The position numbers were made by a program, and so were the translations under genes. The notes beneath the pieces were generated by a model, which was not told the DNA's origin, did not search any database, and saw nothing but the letters and a program-made list of their open reading frames with translations. From an uncultured Bacilli bacterium (GTDB taxonomy: Bacteria > Bacillota_I > Bacilli_A > RFN20 > CAG-826): DNA of 64,000 nt. This document shows positions 17,350 through 27,880 of this stretch, piece after piece. The stretch is taken from contig CAJOLV010000002.1 of the NCBI GenBank assembly GCA_905235515.1, positions 21,924-85,923 of the forward strand. The letters are read 5' to 3'. How positions within the stretch are numbered: position 1 is the first letter of the stretch; each line of letters starts with the position of its first letter.

Positions 17350-19038
17350 ATGGTTATTAACGCACAAGATTTCTTAGAAGCAATTGAAGGAATCGAATTA
17401 AGCAAAGGCATTAGCCGTGAAGTCGTTCTTAAATCCCTAGAAGAAGCGATGAGAAAAGGCTATAAAAAGGAAATCGGAGACACACAAGACGAACTCTTAG
17501 TGGTCGTGAACATTGTTCCTGAACAAGGATTAATCGAAATGTTCTCCACTAAAGATATTGTTGATGAAGTGGAAGATGATTTTTTACAAATCAGTAAGGA
17601 AGACGCTAAAGAATTAGCTAAGGCTAAGCAAGGTGAAATTAGAGAGGATAAATTCTATATTCCGGCCCCAATTGATACCTTAAGAAAAGCCACGGCCTTA
17701 GGTATTAAATCCATTCTCAAACAAAAATTTGCAGAAGCAGAAAAGAGTGTTCTTTATGAATTATTTAAAGACAAAATCAACACAATGATCACTGGCAAGG
17801 TGGAAAAAGTTGATGAAAAAGGCTGCTCTGTTAATATCGGTAGAACCAGTGTCTATTTACCACGTAAGCAAATGATTGGTGATGAGAAATTCGCTGTTGG
17901 TGATTCCATCCGCTTATTTGTGGAAAATGTTGATAGCAACACAAAAGGTGCGCGTATTAACGTTTCCCGTTCTAGTGAAGGTTTCTTAAGATCTTTATTC
18001 AATGAAGAAATTAGAGAAATCGAAGATGGTGTCATCGTTATTAAAGGCATTGCTAGAGAAGCTGGCGAAAGGAGCAAAGTCGCTGTTTACACTAATGATC
18101 CAAACGTTGACCCTGCTGGTGCTTGTATTGGCCAAAATGGTAATCGTATTCAAAAGATTGTCTCACAATTAGGGAATGGACAATCAAAAGAAAAGATTGA
18201 TATTATCGCTTATAGCGATATTCCAGGATTATACATCATGGAAGCTTTAAAACCAGCCCGCGTTGTCGGTGTTAATTTTGATGCTGAAAAGAAATCCGCA
18301 GTCGTCGTTGTTAATGATGATTCCTTATCATTAGCAATTGGCAGACGTGGTGTGAATGCCCGTTTAGCAGTGCGTTTAACTGGCTATAACATTGATATAA
18401 AAACTGAAACAGAAGCCATTGAAGAAGGCTTTGAATATCAAAGTTTGGAAGAACTCCAATCCTTGGAAGCCGAAAATCTCGCCAAACGTATCGAAGAAGA
18501 GAGAAAAGCTTCTGTTACTTTACACGCTGGAGAAGTCTTACCAGGTATGCCAGAAGGCTATGTTGCTCCACAAGCTCGTGTTTACGAAGATGAAGCCAAT
18601 GACTTTGATGAAGCTTTACGTGAAACAGCGGAAAAAGAAGAAATTTCTGCTCCTGTTAATGAAATTAAAGAAGAAGTTAAACGAGAAGCTCCAGTCGTGG
18701 AAGAAGCTCCAGTTAAAGAAGAACAACCAAAAGTTGAAGAAGTTAAAGAAGTTAAAGTTAAGACCACAACTACTTTATCTGACTTAGAAAAGACACTTGA
18801 ATCTGAAACTAATAAGTCTAGTAAGAAATCTTCTAGTAAGAAATCTAATAAGAAAAAAGCAGAAGAAGTGGAAGAATCTGTCTTACCAACCAAACAAGAT
18901 CCATCTACTTATATGTCTATTTACTCTGAAGAAGAGTTAAAAGAAATGGAAGAAGAAGAAAAGAATCTCGAAGACGAATACGATGATGATGTCGACTACG
19001 ATGAGTATGACGACTACTACGATGACGATGACAGATAA
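17350..19038 (+). CDS. nusA: Transcription termination/antitermination factor NusA with long acidic low-complexity C-terminal extension
   Basis: NusA N-terminal domain, S1 and tandem KH domains (IGRRGVNARLA), then a roughly 190-aa E/K/D-rich tail ending DDDVDYDEYDDYYDDDDR. Confidence 0.9.
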   Translation: MVINAQDFLEAIEGIELSKGISREVVLKSLEEAMRKGYKKEIGDTQDELLVVVNIVPEQGLIEMFSTKDIVDEVEDDFLQISKEDAKELAKAKQGEIREDKFYIPAPIDTLRKATALGIKSILKQKFAEAEKSVLYELFKDKINTMITGKVEKVDEKGCSVNIGRTSVYLPRKQMIGDEKFAVGDSIRLFVENVDSNTKGARINVSRSSEGFLRSLFNEEIREIEDGVIVIKGIAREAGERSKVAVYTNDPNVDPAGACIGQNGNRIQKIVSQLGNGQSKEKIDIIAYSDIPGLYIMEALKPARVVGVNFDAEKKSAVVVVNDDSLSLAIGRRGVNARLAVRLTGYNIDIKTETEAIEEGFEYQSLEELQSLEAENLAKRIEEERKASVTLHAGEVLPGMPEGYVAPQARVYEDEANDFDEALRETAEKEEISAPVNEIKEEVKREAPVVEEAPVKEEQPKVEEVKEVKVKTTTTLSDLEKTLESETNKSSKKSSSKKSNKKKAEEVEESVLPTKQDPSTYMSIYSEEELKEMEEEEKNLEDEYDDDVDYDEYDDYYDDDDR

Positions 19039-19279
19039 AATTCTTCGAACATGTATAGCCACACGCGAACTAAAACCACTTAATGAATTATTACGCGTGT
19101 GTCTAACCCCATCGGGAAATGTGGTTATTCAAAAAGATAAACACATTGAAGGTCGGGGTGCCTATATTTCTAGAAATATAGAAGCAATCAATATTGCGAG
19201 AAAAAAGAAATTATTAAATAGGGCTTTAAGATGTAATGTCGAAGAGTCTATATATGATGAATTATTAGCCATGTGCTAA
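19028..19279 (+). CDS. ylxR: YlxR/DUF448 family RNA-binding protein
   Basis: MTDKILRTCIATRELKPLNELLRVCLTPSGNVVIQ...GRGAYI is the conserved DUF448 pattern found between nusA and infB. The start overlaps the nusA stop. Confidence 0.7.
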   Translation: MTDKILRTCIATRELKPLNELLRVCLTPSGNVVIQKDKHIEGRGAYISRNIEAINIARKKKLLNRALRCNVEESIYDELLAMC

Positions 19280-19298
19280 CGAAAGAGAGGTGTTGATT

Positions 19299-21137
19299 AT
19301 GGGTAAAAATAATAAGAAGCAATTTAATGGACAACGTGAAACTAATGTTTCTACAAAAGTCAGTGTGGATAAAATTAAAACCAAAGTCAATGGCGGTGTC
19401 TTTGTTTATACCGGAGCGATTTCTACAGGTGAATTGTCCAAAACTTTAAACATCCCTTTAGGTGATATTATTAAATTCCTTTTCATGCAAGGAAAAATGG
19501 TCACCATCAACACTGTCTTAGATGATGAATTAATCGGTACAGTCTGTTTAGAATTCGGTTACGATTTCCAAAAGAAAAATATCGTGGCCGCTGAAAATTT
19601 TGAAGACTTAGAAATTAACGATGATCCATCCAAATTAAAACCACGTCCGGCAGTTGTTACCATTATGGGTCACGTTGACCATGGTAAGACCACCTTAATC
19701 GATGCGATTAGAAACTCCAATCTTGTCGCTGGTGAATTCGGTGGTATCTCTCAAGAGATAGGTGCTTACCAAAAAGAATATAATGGCGAGAAAATTACCT
19801 TTATCGACACTCCTGGGCATGAAGCCTTTACCGCGATGAGAGCCAGAGGTGCTTCTGTCACCGATATCGTAGTTTTAGTTGTCGCTGCCGATGATGGTGT
19901 GATGCCTCAAACTATTGAAGCGATTGACCACGCCAAGGCGGCTAATGTTCCAATTATTGTTGCCATTAACAAAATGGATAAGCCAGGTGCTGATCCAGAA
20001 CGCGTTAAACAAGAATTAATGCAACACGATGTCATCGCTGAAGATTATGGTGGAGATGCTATTTGTGTCGAAATTTCTGCTAAGCAGAAAAAGAACATCG
20101 AAGGTATCTTAGAAGCCATCTTAGTGGTCGCAGAATTAAAAGAATTAAAAGCAAACCCAGATAGATACGCTTTAGGCACTGTTTTAGAAGCCAAATTAGA
20201 TAAAAATGAAGGCGCAAAAGCCACTTTATTAATTCAAAATGGTACTTTAAAAGAAGGTGACTATTTAGTTGTCGGCACATCTTATGGTAAAGCTAGAAGA
20301 ATGACTAACGAATATCGTAAAGTTCTCCAAGAAGCGACACCAAGCACTCCAGTTTCTGTTATCGGTTTAGGGGAAGTCCCACAAGCTGGTGATAGATTTA
20401 TGGCTTTCTCAGAAGAAAGCGAAGCGAGAAGTATCGCTACTAAACGTAGACTTATTAAAGAACAAAAAGAAAGAAATGCGACAAGCGCTGCATCTTTAGA
20501 AGATTTGTTCAATAAAGCAAAAGAAGGCCAAAGACAAACTATTAACTTAATTATCAAAGCTGATTCCACTGGTAGTGCGGAAGCAGTTAAGGCTTCTTTA
20601 GAAAAACTTTCTACTGATGACATCAAGATTAATATCGTGAGAGCTACTTCAGGAGCAATTACAGAAAGTGATGTCTTATTAGCCAGCGCATCTCGCGCGA
20701 TTATTTATGGATTTAACGTGCGTCCAGATGCGCGTACACGTGCAAAAGCTAGTGAAGAAAAGATTGAAATTAGATTACATCGTATCATTTACGCTTTAAT
20801 TGAAGAAATTCAAGCTGCGATGAAAGGTATGCTTGCTCCAACATTTGTTGAAAAGATTACTGGCCAAGCTGAAATTAGAAGATTATTCAAAGTCTCGAAA
20901 TTAGGCACAATCGCTGGTTGTATGGTGGTTGAAGGTGTGATGAGATCCACTTGTGGAGTAAGAGTTATTAGAGATGGCATTGTCATCTATGAAGGTAAAT
21001 TAGCCTCCTTACAAAGAGAAAAAGATTCCGTTAAAGAAGTGAAAAACGGCTTTGAATGCGGTATGTTAATTGAAAACTTTAATGATATTAAAGAAGGCGA
21101 TATCATTGAAGGATTCGAATCAGTAGAAGAGAAATAG
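19299..21137 (+). CDS. infB: Translation initiation factor IF-2 (short form)
   Basis: G domain [26 protein letters not shown]. The ATG at 19299 follows GAGAGG, whereas the ORF-track start was GTG 19290. Confidence 0.9.
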   Translation: MGKNNKKQFNGQRETNVSTKVSVDKIKTKVNGGVFVYTGAISTGELSKTLNIPLGDIIKFLFMQGKMVTINTVLDDELIGTVCLEFGYDFQKKNIVAAENFEDLEINDDPSKLKPRPAVVTIMGHVDHGKTTLIDAIRNSNLVAGEFGGISQEIGAYQKEYNGEKITFIDTPGHEAFTAMRARGASVTDIVVLVVAADDGVMPQTIEAIDHAKAANVPIIVAINKMDKPGADPERVKQELMQHDVIAEDYGGDAICVEISAKQKKNIEGILEAILVVAELKELKANPDRYALGTVLEAKLDKNEGAKATLLIQNGTLKEGDYLVVGTSYGKARRMTNEYRKVLQEATPSTPVSVIGLGEVPQAGDRFMAFSEESEARSIATKRRLIKEQKERNATSAASLEDLFNKAKEGQRQTINLIIKADSTGSAEAVKASLEKLSTDDIKINIVRATSGAITESDVLLASASRAIIYGFNVRPDARTRAKASEEKIEIRLHRIIYALIEEIQAAMKGMLAPTFVEKITGQAEIRRLFKVSKLGTIAGCMVVEGVMRSTCGVRVIRDGIVIYEGKLASLQREKDSVKEVKNGFECGMLIENFNDIKEGDIIEGFESVEEK

Positions 21138-21143
21138 TAAAAT

Positions 21144-21476
21144 ATGGCCAATAAACAAGAAAGAATCGCTACGATTATTCGAAAAAACCTCGCTGAAATC
21201 ATTCAAATTGAATTAAAAAATCCACACTTAGGATTTGTCTCAATTCCCGAAGTGAGAGTCAGCAAAGATTTTTCCTACGCAAAAGTATATGTTTCCTTCA
21301 TCCGCGATGATGATATTGCGCAAGGAATGGAAGTGCTAGAACACTCAAAAGGATTCATTCGTTCCTCTTTAGCAAAGAAAATGGACACGAGACGTTGCCC
21401 AGAACTCAGGTTCGAATTGGATGACGGATATAAAAAAGAAGAAAGAATCGCTGAATTATTGCAAAACAATAAGTAG
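21144..21476 (+). CDS. rbfA: Ribosome-binding factor A
   Basis: RIATIIRKNLAEII...YAKVYVS RbfA pattern in its canonical position after infB. Confidence 0.9.
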   Translation: MANKQERIATIIRKNLAEIIQIELKNPHLGFVSIPEVRVSKDFSYAKVYVSFIRDDDIAQGMEVLEHSKGFIRSSLAKKMDTRRCPELRFELDDGYKKEERIAELLQNNK

Positions 21477-21488
21477 GTTATTACAAAT

Positions 21489-22370
21489 ATGGAAAATGTC
21501 ACAGAACAAAACGGTTTTATCTTGATTAATAAACGTGAGGGAGTGACATCGCGAAGCGTTGATAATGCTATTCAACGCCTTTTTCATACTAGAAAGGTTG
21601 GTCATCTTGGAACTTTAGATCCTTTTGCCAGTGGCCTATTAGTGATTGCAGTGAATAAAGGTTGCAAATCTTTACCCTTTTTAGATGATTCTTTTAAAAC
21701 TTATCAAGCAAAATTATTCTTAGGAAAATCAACATCAACTGGAGATTTAACTGGTGAGGCAAAAGAAACTAAAAACGTTGCCCCTTTAGACAGACTTACC
21801 ATACAAAAAGTATTTGATTCTTTCCTTAATGAAAGCGAGCAAATTCCTCCAATGACTAGCGCTATTCATCACGAGGGAAAACGCTTATATGATCTCTCAA
21901 GAAAAGGAATTGAAATAGAAAGAAAACCACGCAAGATTTTCATTAAGTCTTTAAAACTCCTCTCTTTTAAAGAAAATATTGTTGAATTTGAAGTAATTTG
22001 CTCACGCGGAACATATGTGAGAACACTAGGTGAAGATATCGCTATTAAGTTAGGAACAGTCGGCCATTTAACTAGTTTAAATAGAATAGCAATCGGTAAT
22101 AAAATCAACCTTTCTATGGCAAAAGATATTGATGATATTGTTGCCTCTGATTTAATCAACCCAGCATCATTAATCGAATTACCATCTTTGCTTGTTGATG
22201 ATGATGATTTAATTAAGGATATTAAAGAGGGAAAAAGAATTACCCTTAAATGTGAAAATGCGCAAATTCTTTTATATACAATAGATAAAGTAAATTATGA
22301 TATAATCGCTTTAGCGGTCTATACCCGTAACAAAGACAATGAATACATCATTCAAAGAGGTCTCTGGTAA
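21489..22370 (+). CDS. truB: tRNA pseudouridine(55) synthase TruB
   Basis: GHLGTLDPFASGLLVIAV catalytic-Asp motif. Confidence 0.9.
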   Translation: MENVTEQNGFILINKREGVTSRSVDNAIQRLFHTRKVGHLGTLDPFASGLLVIAVNKGCKSLPFLDDSFKTYQAKLFLGKSTSTGDLTGEAKETKNVAPLDRLTIQKVFDSFLNESEQIPPMTSAIHHEGKRLYDLSRKGIEIERKPRKIFIKSLKLLSFKENIVEFEVICSRGTYVRTLGEDIAIKLGTVGHLTSLNRIAIGNKINLSMAKDIDDIVASDLINPASLIELPSLLVDDDDLIKDIKEGKRITLKCENAQILLYTIDKVNYDIIALAVYTRNKDNEYIIQRGLW

Positions 22371-23269
22371 TGAAAATCTATCAATTTGATTATCAACATA
22401 CCCCAATTAATATCGAGCAAAGCGTTCTTTGCTTAGGCTTTTTTGATGGTGTGCATATCGGTCACCAATCAATGATTAAACAAGCACTAAATGAAGGTTA
22501 TAAAGTGAGTTTATTAACTTTTGATGAAGCACCAGCTTTTGTGCTTGGAAGAATCAAAGAAAATCATTATTTAACATCAGTTAGTGATAAAGCGGAAATA
22601 TTAGAAGAATTAGGTGTAGATGCAATGTACATCATGTCTTTTGATAAAGAAGTCGCTCAATTAACCAAGGATGAATTTATTGATAAAGTGATTAGACCAT
22701 TAAATCCAAAGAAGATTTATTGTGGTGAAGATTATTCCTTTGGTGAATGGGGCGAAGGAGATCCAACTTATCTCTCATTATTCTTTGATGTCAAAGTAGT
22801 GGAAACAATGAAAGATGAAAATGTCAAAGTTTCCGCTCGTGATATTTCTCAATTAATTGAACATGGAGACATTGAAAGAGCAAATAAATTATTAGGTCGT
22901 CCATTTAGATTAAACGCCCTTGTTACCGAAGGTAAACATAACGGTAAAAAGATTGATTTCCCAACTGCAAATCTTAAATTAGATTACCCGTATGCATTCC
23001 CAAAAACAGGCGTCTATTTTGGATATGCCTATGTTTATGAAAAGAAATATAAAGCTATCATATCTGTTGGTACTCACCCAACCATCATGCAATTAACTAA
23101 ACCAATCATTGAAGTTCATATTATTGATTTTGATGGAAATATTTACGGTCGTGATATCTTTGTGGAATTACTCTATTATCACCGTAATGAGAAATTATTC
23201 GATTCTATCGAAGATTTAAAGAGTCAACTACAAAGAGATAAAAACGCTGCGATTAAAAAATTAGCGTAA
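22370..23269 (+). CDS. ribF: Bifunctional riboflavin kinase / FMN adenylyltransferase
   Basis: GFFDGVHIGHQ nucleotidyltransferase motif plus a C-terminal riboflavin kinase domain. Confidence 0.9.
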   Translation: MKIYQFDYQHTPINIEQSVLCLGFFDGVHIGHQSMIKQALNEGYKVSLLTFDEAPAFVLGRIKENHYLTSVSDKAEILEELGVDAMYIMSFDKEVAQLTKDEFIDKVIRPLNPKKIYCGEDYSFGEWGEGDPTYLSLFFDVKVVETMKDENVKVSARDISQLIEHGDIERANKLLGRPFRLNALVTEGKHNGKKIDFPTANLKLDYPYAFPKTGVYFGYAYVYEKKYKAIISVGTHPTIMQLTKPIIEVHIIDFDGNIYGRDIFVELLYYHRNEKLFDSIEDLKSQLQRDKNAAIKKLA

Positions 23270-23334
23270 AAAAACTATTGCCATATATTATATGAAAATG
23301 TAATATATTACTTGCGACTTTGACTTAGTTTATC

Positions 23335-23386
23335 GAATCCTCAACGATATACCGAGTCTCAGTTAAGAATTTAGTTAGGAGGATTC
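23335..23386 (+). promoter_or_regulatory. rpsO leader: long-range inverted repeat sequestering the Shine-Dalgarno sequence (candidate S15 autoregulatory element)
   Basis: GAATCCTC at about 23335-23342 is the exact reverse complement of GAGGATTC at about 23379-23386, which overlaps the AGGAGGA SD of rpsO. Confidence 0.4.
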
Positions 23387-23389
23387 CAT

Positions 23390-23659
23390 ATGGCATTAAC
23401 CAAGGAAAGAAAAGCGGAAATCGTCAAAAAGTTTGGCAAAAACGAAAAAGACACTGGTTCTGTACAAGTTCAAGTGGCCTTATTAACCGAACAAATCTCC
23501 GCTCTAACAGCGCACTTAAAAGCAAACCACAAGGATGCTCACAGTAAGCGTAGTTTGATGATTCTTGTCGGACAAAGAAGAAGTTTACTTAACTACTTAC
23601 TCAGAACCGATAGAGAAGCATATCTTAAACTTATCGTTGATCTCGGATTACGTAAATAA
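23390..23659 (+). CDS. rpsO: 30S ribosomal protein S15
   Basis: MALTKERKAEIVKKFGKNEKDTGS...LLNYL is a canonical S15 sequence. Confidence 0.95.
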   Translation: MALTKERKAEIVKKFGKNEKDTGSVQVQVALLTEQISALTAHLKANHKDAHSKRSLMILVGQRRSLLNYLLRTDREAYLKLIVDLGLRK

Positions 23660-23681
23660 TCAGATATTAACAATTAAAATT

Positions 23682-23707
23682 GACCATCAAACGATGGTCT
23701 TTTTTTA
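23682..23707 (+). terminator. Rho-independent terminator after rpsO
   Basis: GACCATC-aaac-GATGGTC followed by TTTTTTT. Confidence 0.7.
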
Positions 23708-23789
23708 TCTTTATAAAACATTTCTTTGAAAAGTTTTATATTTCATATATAATAACGGCGTATATATTTTAGAAAAAAGAGGAAAAAAG

Positions 23790-25991
23790 ATGAAAAGAGT
23801 ATTCGAATTAGAGTTCGAAGGAAAGAAATTCGTTGCTGAGACAGGCGAAATCGCTAAGCAAGCTGATGGTGCAGTCTTAATGAGATTAAACGAAACAGTA
23901 GTTCTTTCCACAGCGTGTTGCTCCGATGAACCGAAAGAAGGAGATTTCTTCCCGCTAACAGTTGGTTATGAAGAAAAACAATACGCAGTTGGCAAAATTC
24001 CTGGCTCATTCTTAAGAAGAGAAGGCAGAGCTGGTGAACACGCCACATTAACCGCGAGATTAATTGATCGTCCGATTAGACCAATGTTCTCCGAAGGCTT
24101 CAGAAATGAAGTGCAAATCGTTAACACAGTCATGTCAGTTGACCAAGACTGTACCCCAGAAATGACCGCGATGTTAGGTTCTTCCTTAGCGTTAGGCATT
24201 TCTGACATTCCATTTGATGGCCCAATCGCCGGTGTGCAAGTTGGTCGCGTTAATGGAAAGTTCATTATCAACCCAACAGTTGCAGAAAAAGAACAAAGTG
24301 ACCTCAATTTAACAGTCGCGGGTACTAAAGAAGCAATCAATATGGTTGAAGCAGGTGCTGATCAATTAGATGAAGACACAATGTTAGATGCTTTAATGTT
24401 TGGCCATGAAGCCATTAAGAAATTATGTGCATGGCAAGAAGAAATCATTAAAGAAATCGGTGTCCAAAAAAGAGAAATTGAATTATATCAATGTGATCCA
24501 GAAATTGAAAAGGATGTCACCGATAGAGCAGAAGCAAGATTAAAGAAAGCTATTTCTATCTTTGATAAATTAGAAAGACAACACGCGATTGATGAGATTG
24601 AAGATGAAATCTTAGATGATTACGATTCCCGTAAATATGAAGACGAAAAGACTCATCAAAAAGTGATGCACATGGTCAATGAAACCCTTGAAGGTTTAGT
24701 GGCCAAAGAAGTGAGAAGATTAATCACTGATGAAAAGATTAGACCAGATGGTCGTAAAGTTGATGAAATTCGTCCATTAGACGCTCAAATCGATTTATTG
24801 CCAAGAACTCATGGCTCTGCCATGTTCACCCGTGGTCAAACCCAAGTTATCTCTATTACCACATTAGGCGCTAAATCTGATGAACAAATTATTGATAACT
24901 TAACTCCAGAAGAAACTAGACACTGGATGCATCATTATAACTTCCCACCATATTCTGTTGGTGAAGTGGGAAGAATGGGTAGTCCAGGTAGAAGAGAAAT
25001 CGGTCATGGTGCTTTAGGCGAAAGAGCTTTAAGCTATGTCATTCCAAGTGAAGAAGAATTCCCATACACAATTAGAACAGTTGCGGAAGTTGTTGAATCT
25101 AATGGTTCCTCCTCACAAGCTAGTATTTGTGCCTCATGCATGTCCTTAATGGCCGCTGGTGTACCAATTAAAGCAATGGTCTCTGGTATCGCTATGGGCT
25201 TAATTAGTTCCGGTCCATTAGATGATGATCATCCATATACAATTCTTACTGACATCCAAGGCTTAGAAGATCACTTTGGTGATATGGACTTCAAAGTCGC
25301 TGGTACCGAAAAAGGTATTACCGCTTTACAAATGGATATCAAAATTAAAGGTGTCACCCGTGATGTCTTAAAGAAAGCTTTAGCCCAAGCTCATGTCGCG
25401 AGAGCGCAAATTAGAGAAGTTATGGCTAAAGCCATCTCTGAACCAAGACCAGATGTTGGTAAATACGCTCCAAAGATGGATACCTTCATGATTGATCCAG
25501 ATAAGATTAGAGAAGTTATTGGTACTGGTGGTAAAATCATCAACGATATTATTGCTAGATGCGATAATGTTAAGATTGATATCGAAGATAATGGTCAAGT
25601 CACTATCTACCATATGGATAGAGAAACCATCAATAAAGCTAAAGCCATCATTATGGATATCGTTAGAGAAGCCAAAGTCGGTGAAGAATTTGTTGGTGAA
25701 GTCACAAGAGTCGAAGACTATGGGGCATTCGTCCACTTATTCGGTGATGTCGATGGCTTATGCCATGTCAGTAGACTTGGCTGGGGCTATATTGATAAAG
25801 CTAGTGACATCGTCAAAGTTGGTGACAAATTAAAAGTGAGAGTCATTGAAATTGATGAAAAAGGTAAAGTGAAAGTTTCTCATAAAGAATTCTTAGAAAA
25901 ACCAGAAGGTGTCGAAGAAAAACCAATGAGAATGGAACACCAAACCCGTCCAGATCGCTCTATCAAAGGACCAAAGAAATTTAAAAAATAA
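23790..25991 (+). CDS. pnp: Polyribonucleotide nucleotidyltransferase (PNPase)
   Basis: Two RNase PH domains, a KH domain and a C-terminal S1 domain, with GKIINDII. Confidence 0.95.
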   Translation: MKRVFELEFEGKKFVAETGEIAKQADGAVLMRLNETVVLSTACCSDEPKEGDFFPLTVGYEEKQYAVGKIPGSFLRREGRAGEHATLTARLIDRPIRPMFSEGFRNEVQIVNTVMSVDQDCTPEMTAMLGSSLALGISDIPFDGPIAGVQVGRVNGKFIINPTVAEKEQSDLNLTVAGTKEAINMVEAGADQLDEDTMLDALMFGHEAIKKLCAWQEEIIKEIGVQKREIELYQCDPEIEKDVTDRAEARLKKAISIFDKLERQHAIDEIEDEILDDYDSRKYEDEKTHQKVMHMVNETLEGLVAKEVRRLITDEKIRPDGRKVDEIRPLDAQIDLLPRTHGSAMFTRGQTQVISITTLGAKSDEQIIDNLTPEETRHWMHHYNFPPYSVGEVGRMGSPGRREIGHGALGERALSYVIPSEEEFPYTIRTVAEVVESNGSSSQASICASCMSLMAAGVPIKAMVSGIAMGLISSGPLDDDHPYTILTDIQGLEDHFGDMDFKVAGTEKGITALQMDIKIKGVTRDVLKKALAQAHVARAQIREVMAKAISEPRPDVGKYAPKMDTFMIDPDKIREVIGTGGKIINDIIARCDNVKIDIEDNGQVTIYHMDRETINKAKAIIMDIVREAKVGEEFVGEVTRVEDYGAFVHLFGDVDGLCHVSRLGWGYIDKASDIVKVGDKLKVRVIEIDEKGKVKVSHKEFLEKPEGVEEKPMRMEHQTRPDRSIKGPKKFKK

Positions 25992-25998
25992 ATGAAGT

Positions 25999-26028
25999 TA
26001 GACCCAATTTGGGTCTTTCTTTTTTTTG
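25999..26028 (+). terminator. Rho-independent terminator after pnp
   Basis: AGACCCAA-ttt-TTGGGTCT followed by a T-run. Confidence 0.65.
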
Positions 26029-26122
26029 CATTTAATCTTTTATTTAAAAATAAAAAGTGATATATTGATTTTGTCTTTATAGATATAGTCAATTGAAAAA
26101 TAAGGGGGTTAGCCTTTTATAT

Positions 26123-27811
26123 ATGGATAATATACGTATTTGTGCTTTAGGTGGTCTTGATGAATCTGGTCGAGATTGTTATCTGGTCGAAATTAACGAC
26201 AACATTTTTGTTTTAGATTATGGTGCATCTCTTCCAGATAAGACTCTTCCAGGTATTGACTTTCTCATTCCTAATAGTGACTATCTCGTCAAAAACAAAA
26301 ATAGAGTAAAAGCCTACATTATGACACATGGTCATGATGAGAATATGGCAGGTCTTAAATATATTTATAATCAAGCACCCGCTCCAATATATTGCACTAA
26401 AACTACACAAGGTATCTTAGAGTGGGAGAGCAAAATCTATCGCATAAAGCCACATTTTATGTATGCGATAGTGGAACCAACTAGCAGTGTGGTTATTTCT
26501 GGAGTGACTTTTCACTTCTTCCAAACTATGCATAACATCGCAGAATCGATGGGGGTAGTCATCGACACTGATCGTGGATCTATTGTCTATAGCTCTGACT
26601 TTATTGTTGATTATACAGTCAATCAACCAGGCTATATCTTTGATATAGATTCATTAATTAGAAGTGGTAAAAAAGATAATACATTGTTATTAATGTGCGA
26701 AAGTAAGGCGGCCAATAAACCAGGCTATTGCGCCCCGAAACATCGTCTCACCTCTTTAGTAGAAAATTATTTTAACGATAATAAACGCATCTTCTTATGC
26801 TGCTTCTGGGAAAACTTTTATCGTTTACAAGAAATCGCTAATTTGTGTCACAATCATAAAAAGAAAATTTATCTTTATGATGATTATGCGAGAGATTTAT
26901 TTGAAGAAATTGTTAAATTACCTTATTGCCCATTCTTAAAAAACGACTTTGTTTCACCAGAAGATTTATTGCGAGTTAGAAAACAAGATGTTTTAGTGTT
27001 GATGCTTGGCTATGGTGAAGAGCTATACGAAAAGATTTCCGATTTAGCAAAACAAAAGAATTCAGATAGAAGAATAGTTCTTCAAGAAGATGATATCTTT
27101 ATCTGTGCAGCATTACCAATGCTCTCATTAGAGACAATTGCCACTCATGCGGTAGATGACTTATATAGAACGGGTTGTGAGGTTAAATGGGTTAAGAGCA
27201 AAGATATCGTTAGCATGCACGCTAGAGAAGACGATATTAGGGCTTTGTTAACGTTGTTAAAACCTAAATATTATTTCCCAGTTAGAGGAAATTATGTCAA
27301 TTTAATGGCTAATGCTAGACTAGCAATTTCTACTGGCGTTGGGTTAAATCCAATGAACGTTTTTGTCTTAGATAATGGCATGTCTATTGCCTTTGATGAA
27401 GGTTCTCCAAGACCAAGAATTTTAACAAATGAAGTAAACGGCATTAATGTCGCTCCATTATTGGTGGATGGTCGTGGTATCACCTCTGTTGAAGAAGATA
27501 CGATGGAAGAAAGAAAGAAACTTTCTGAAGATGGTGTTGTTGTTGTAGCAGCAACCATCAGTTTAAAAGAAAAGAAGATAGTATCTGGTCCTGATACACA
27601 AATGAGAGGCTTTGTTTATGTCAAAGAAGCTGAGCCATTATTAAAATCAATCGCTAATATTTATGTAGATGAAATTAATACCGCCTTCTCAATGGATGAA
27701 ACTAATTTTGAAAAGGTCAAAGTGGCAATCGCTGATCGCGCTAAACGGTTCATTAAACGCGAGAACGGTCGAGATCCTCTCATTCTCCCAATTATCATTA
27801 TGGTGGATTAA
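26123..27811 (+). CDS. rnj: Ribonuclease J family (metallo-beta-lactamase/beta-CASP) with variant motif II
   Basis: MDNIRICALGGLDESGRDCYLV and HNIAES, SSDFIVD beta-lactamase motifs. Motif II reads HGHDEN rather than the HGHEDH seen in B. subtilis RNase J1. I set the start at ATG 26123, downstream of AAGGGGG; the ORF-track start was TTG 26093. Confidence 0.8.
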   Translation: MDNIRICALGGLDESGRDCYLVEINDNIFVLDYGASLPDKTLPGIDFLIPNSDYLVKNKNRVKAYIMTHGHDENMAGLKYIYNQAPAPIYCTKTTQGILEWESKIYRIKPHFMYAIVEPTSSVVISGVTFHFFQTMHNIAESMGVVIDTDRGSIVYSSDFIVDYTVNQPGYIFDIDSLIRSGKKDNTLLLMCESKAANKPGYCAPKHRLTSLVENYFNDNKRIFLCCFWENFYRLQEIANLCHNHKKKIYLYDDYARDLFEEIVKLPYCPFLKNDFVSPEDLLRVRKQDVLVLMLGYGEELYEKISDLAKQKNSDRRIVLQEDDIFICAALPMLSLETIATHAVDDLYRTGCEVKWVKSKDIVSMHAREDDIRALLTLLKPKYYFPVRGNYVNLMANARLAISTGVGLNPMNVFVLDNGMSIAFDEGSPRPRILTNEVNGINVAPLLVDGRGITSVEEDTMEERKKLSEDGVVVVAATISLKEKKIVSGPDTQMRGFVYVKEAEPLLKSIANIYVDEINTAFSMDETNFEKVKVAIADRAKRFIKRENGRDPLILPIIIMVD

Positions 27812-27834
27812 GTTATCGCTTAATCCATTTTTTT
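27805..27834 (+). terminator. Rho-independent terminator overlapping the rnj stop
   Basis: GGATTAAG-ttatcg-CTTAATCC followed by TTTTTTT. Confidence 0.6.
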
Positions 27835-27880
27835 ATTTTCTATTGGACTACTTTAATCCTTATATTTATAATAAATATAT

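Noticed and set aside
18419-18893. K-rich (+) and S/T-rich (-) ORFs overlapping the nusA 3' tail.
   Set aside because: These are frame-shifted readings of the GAA/AAA-rich repeat encoding the acidic NusA tail, a typical artefact of low-complexity coding DNA.
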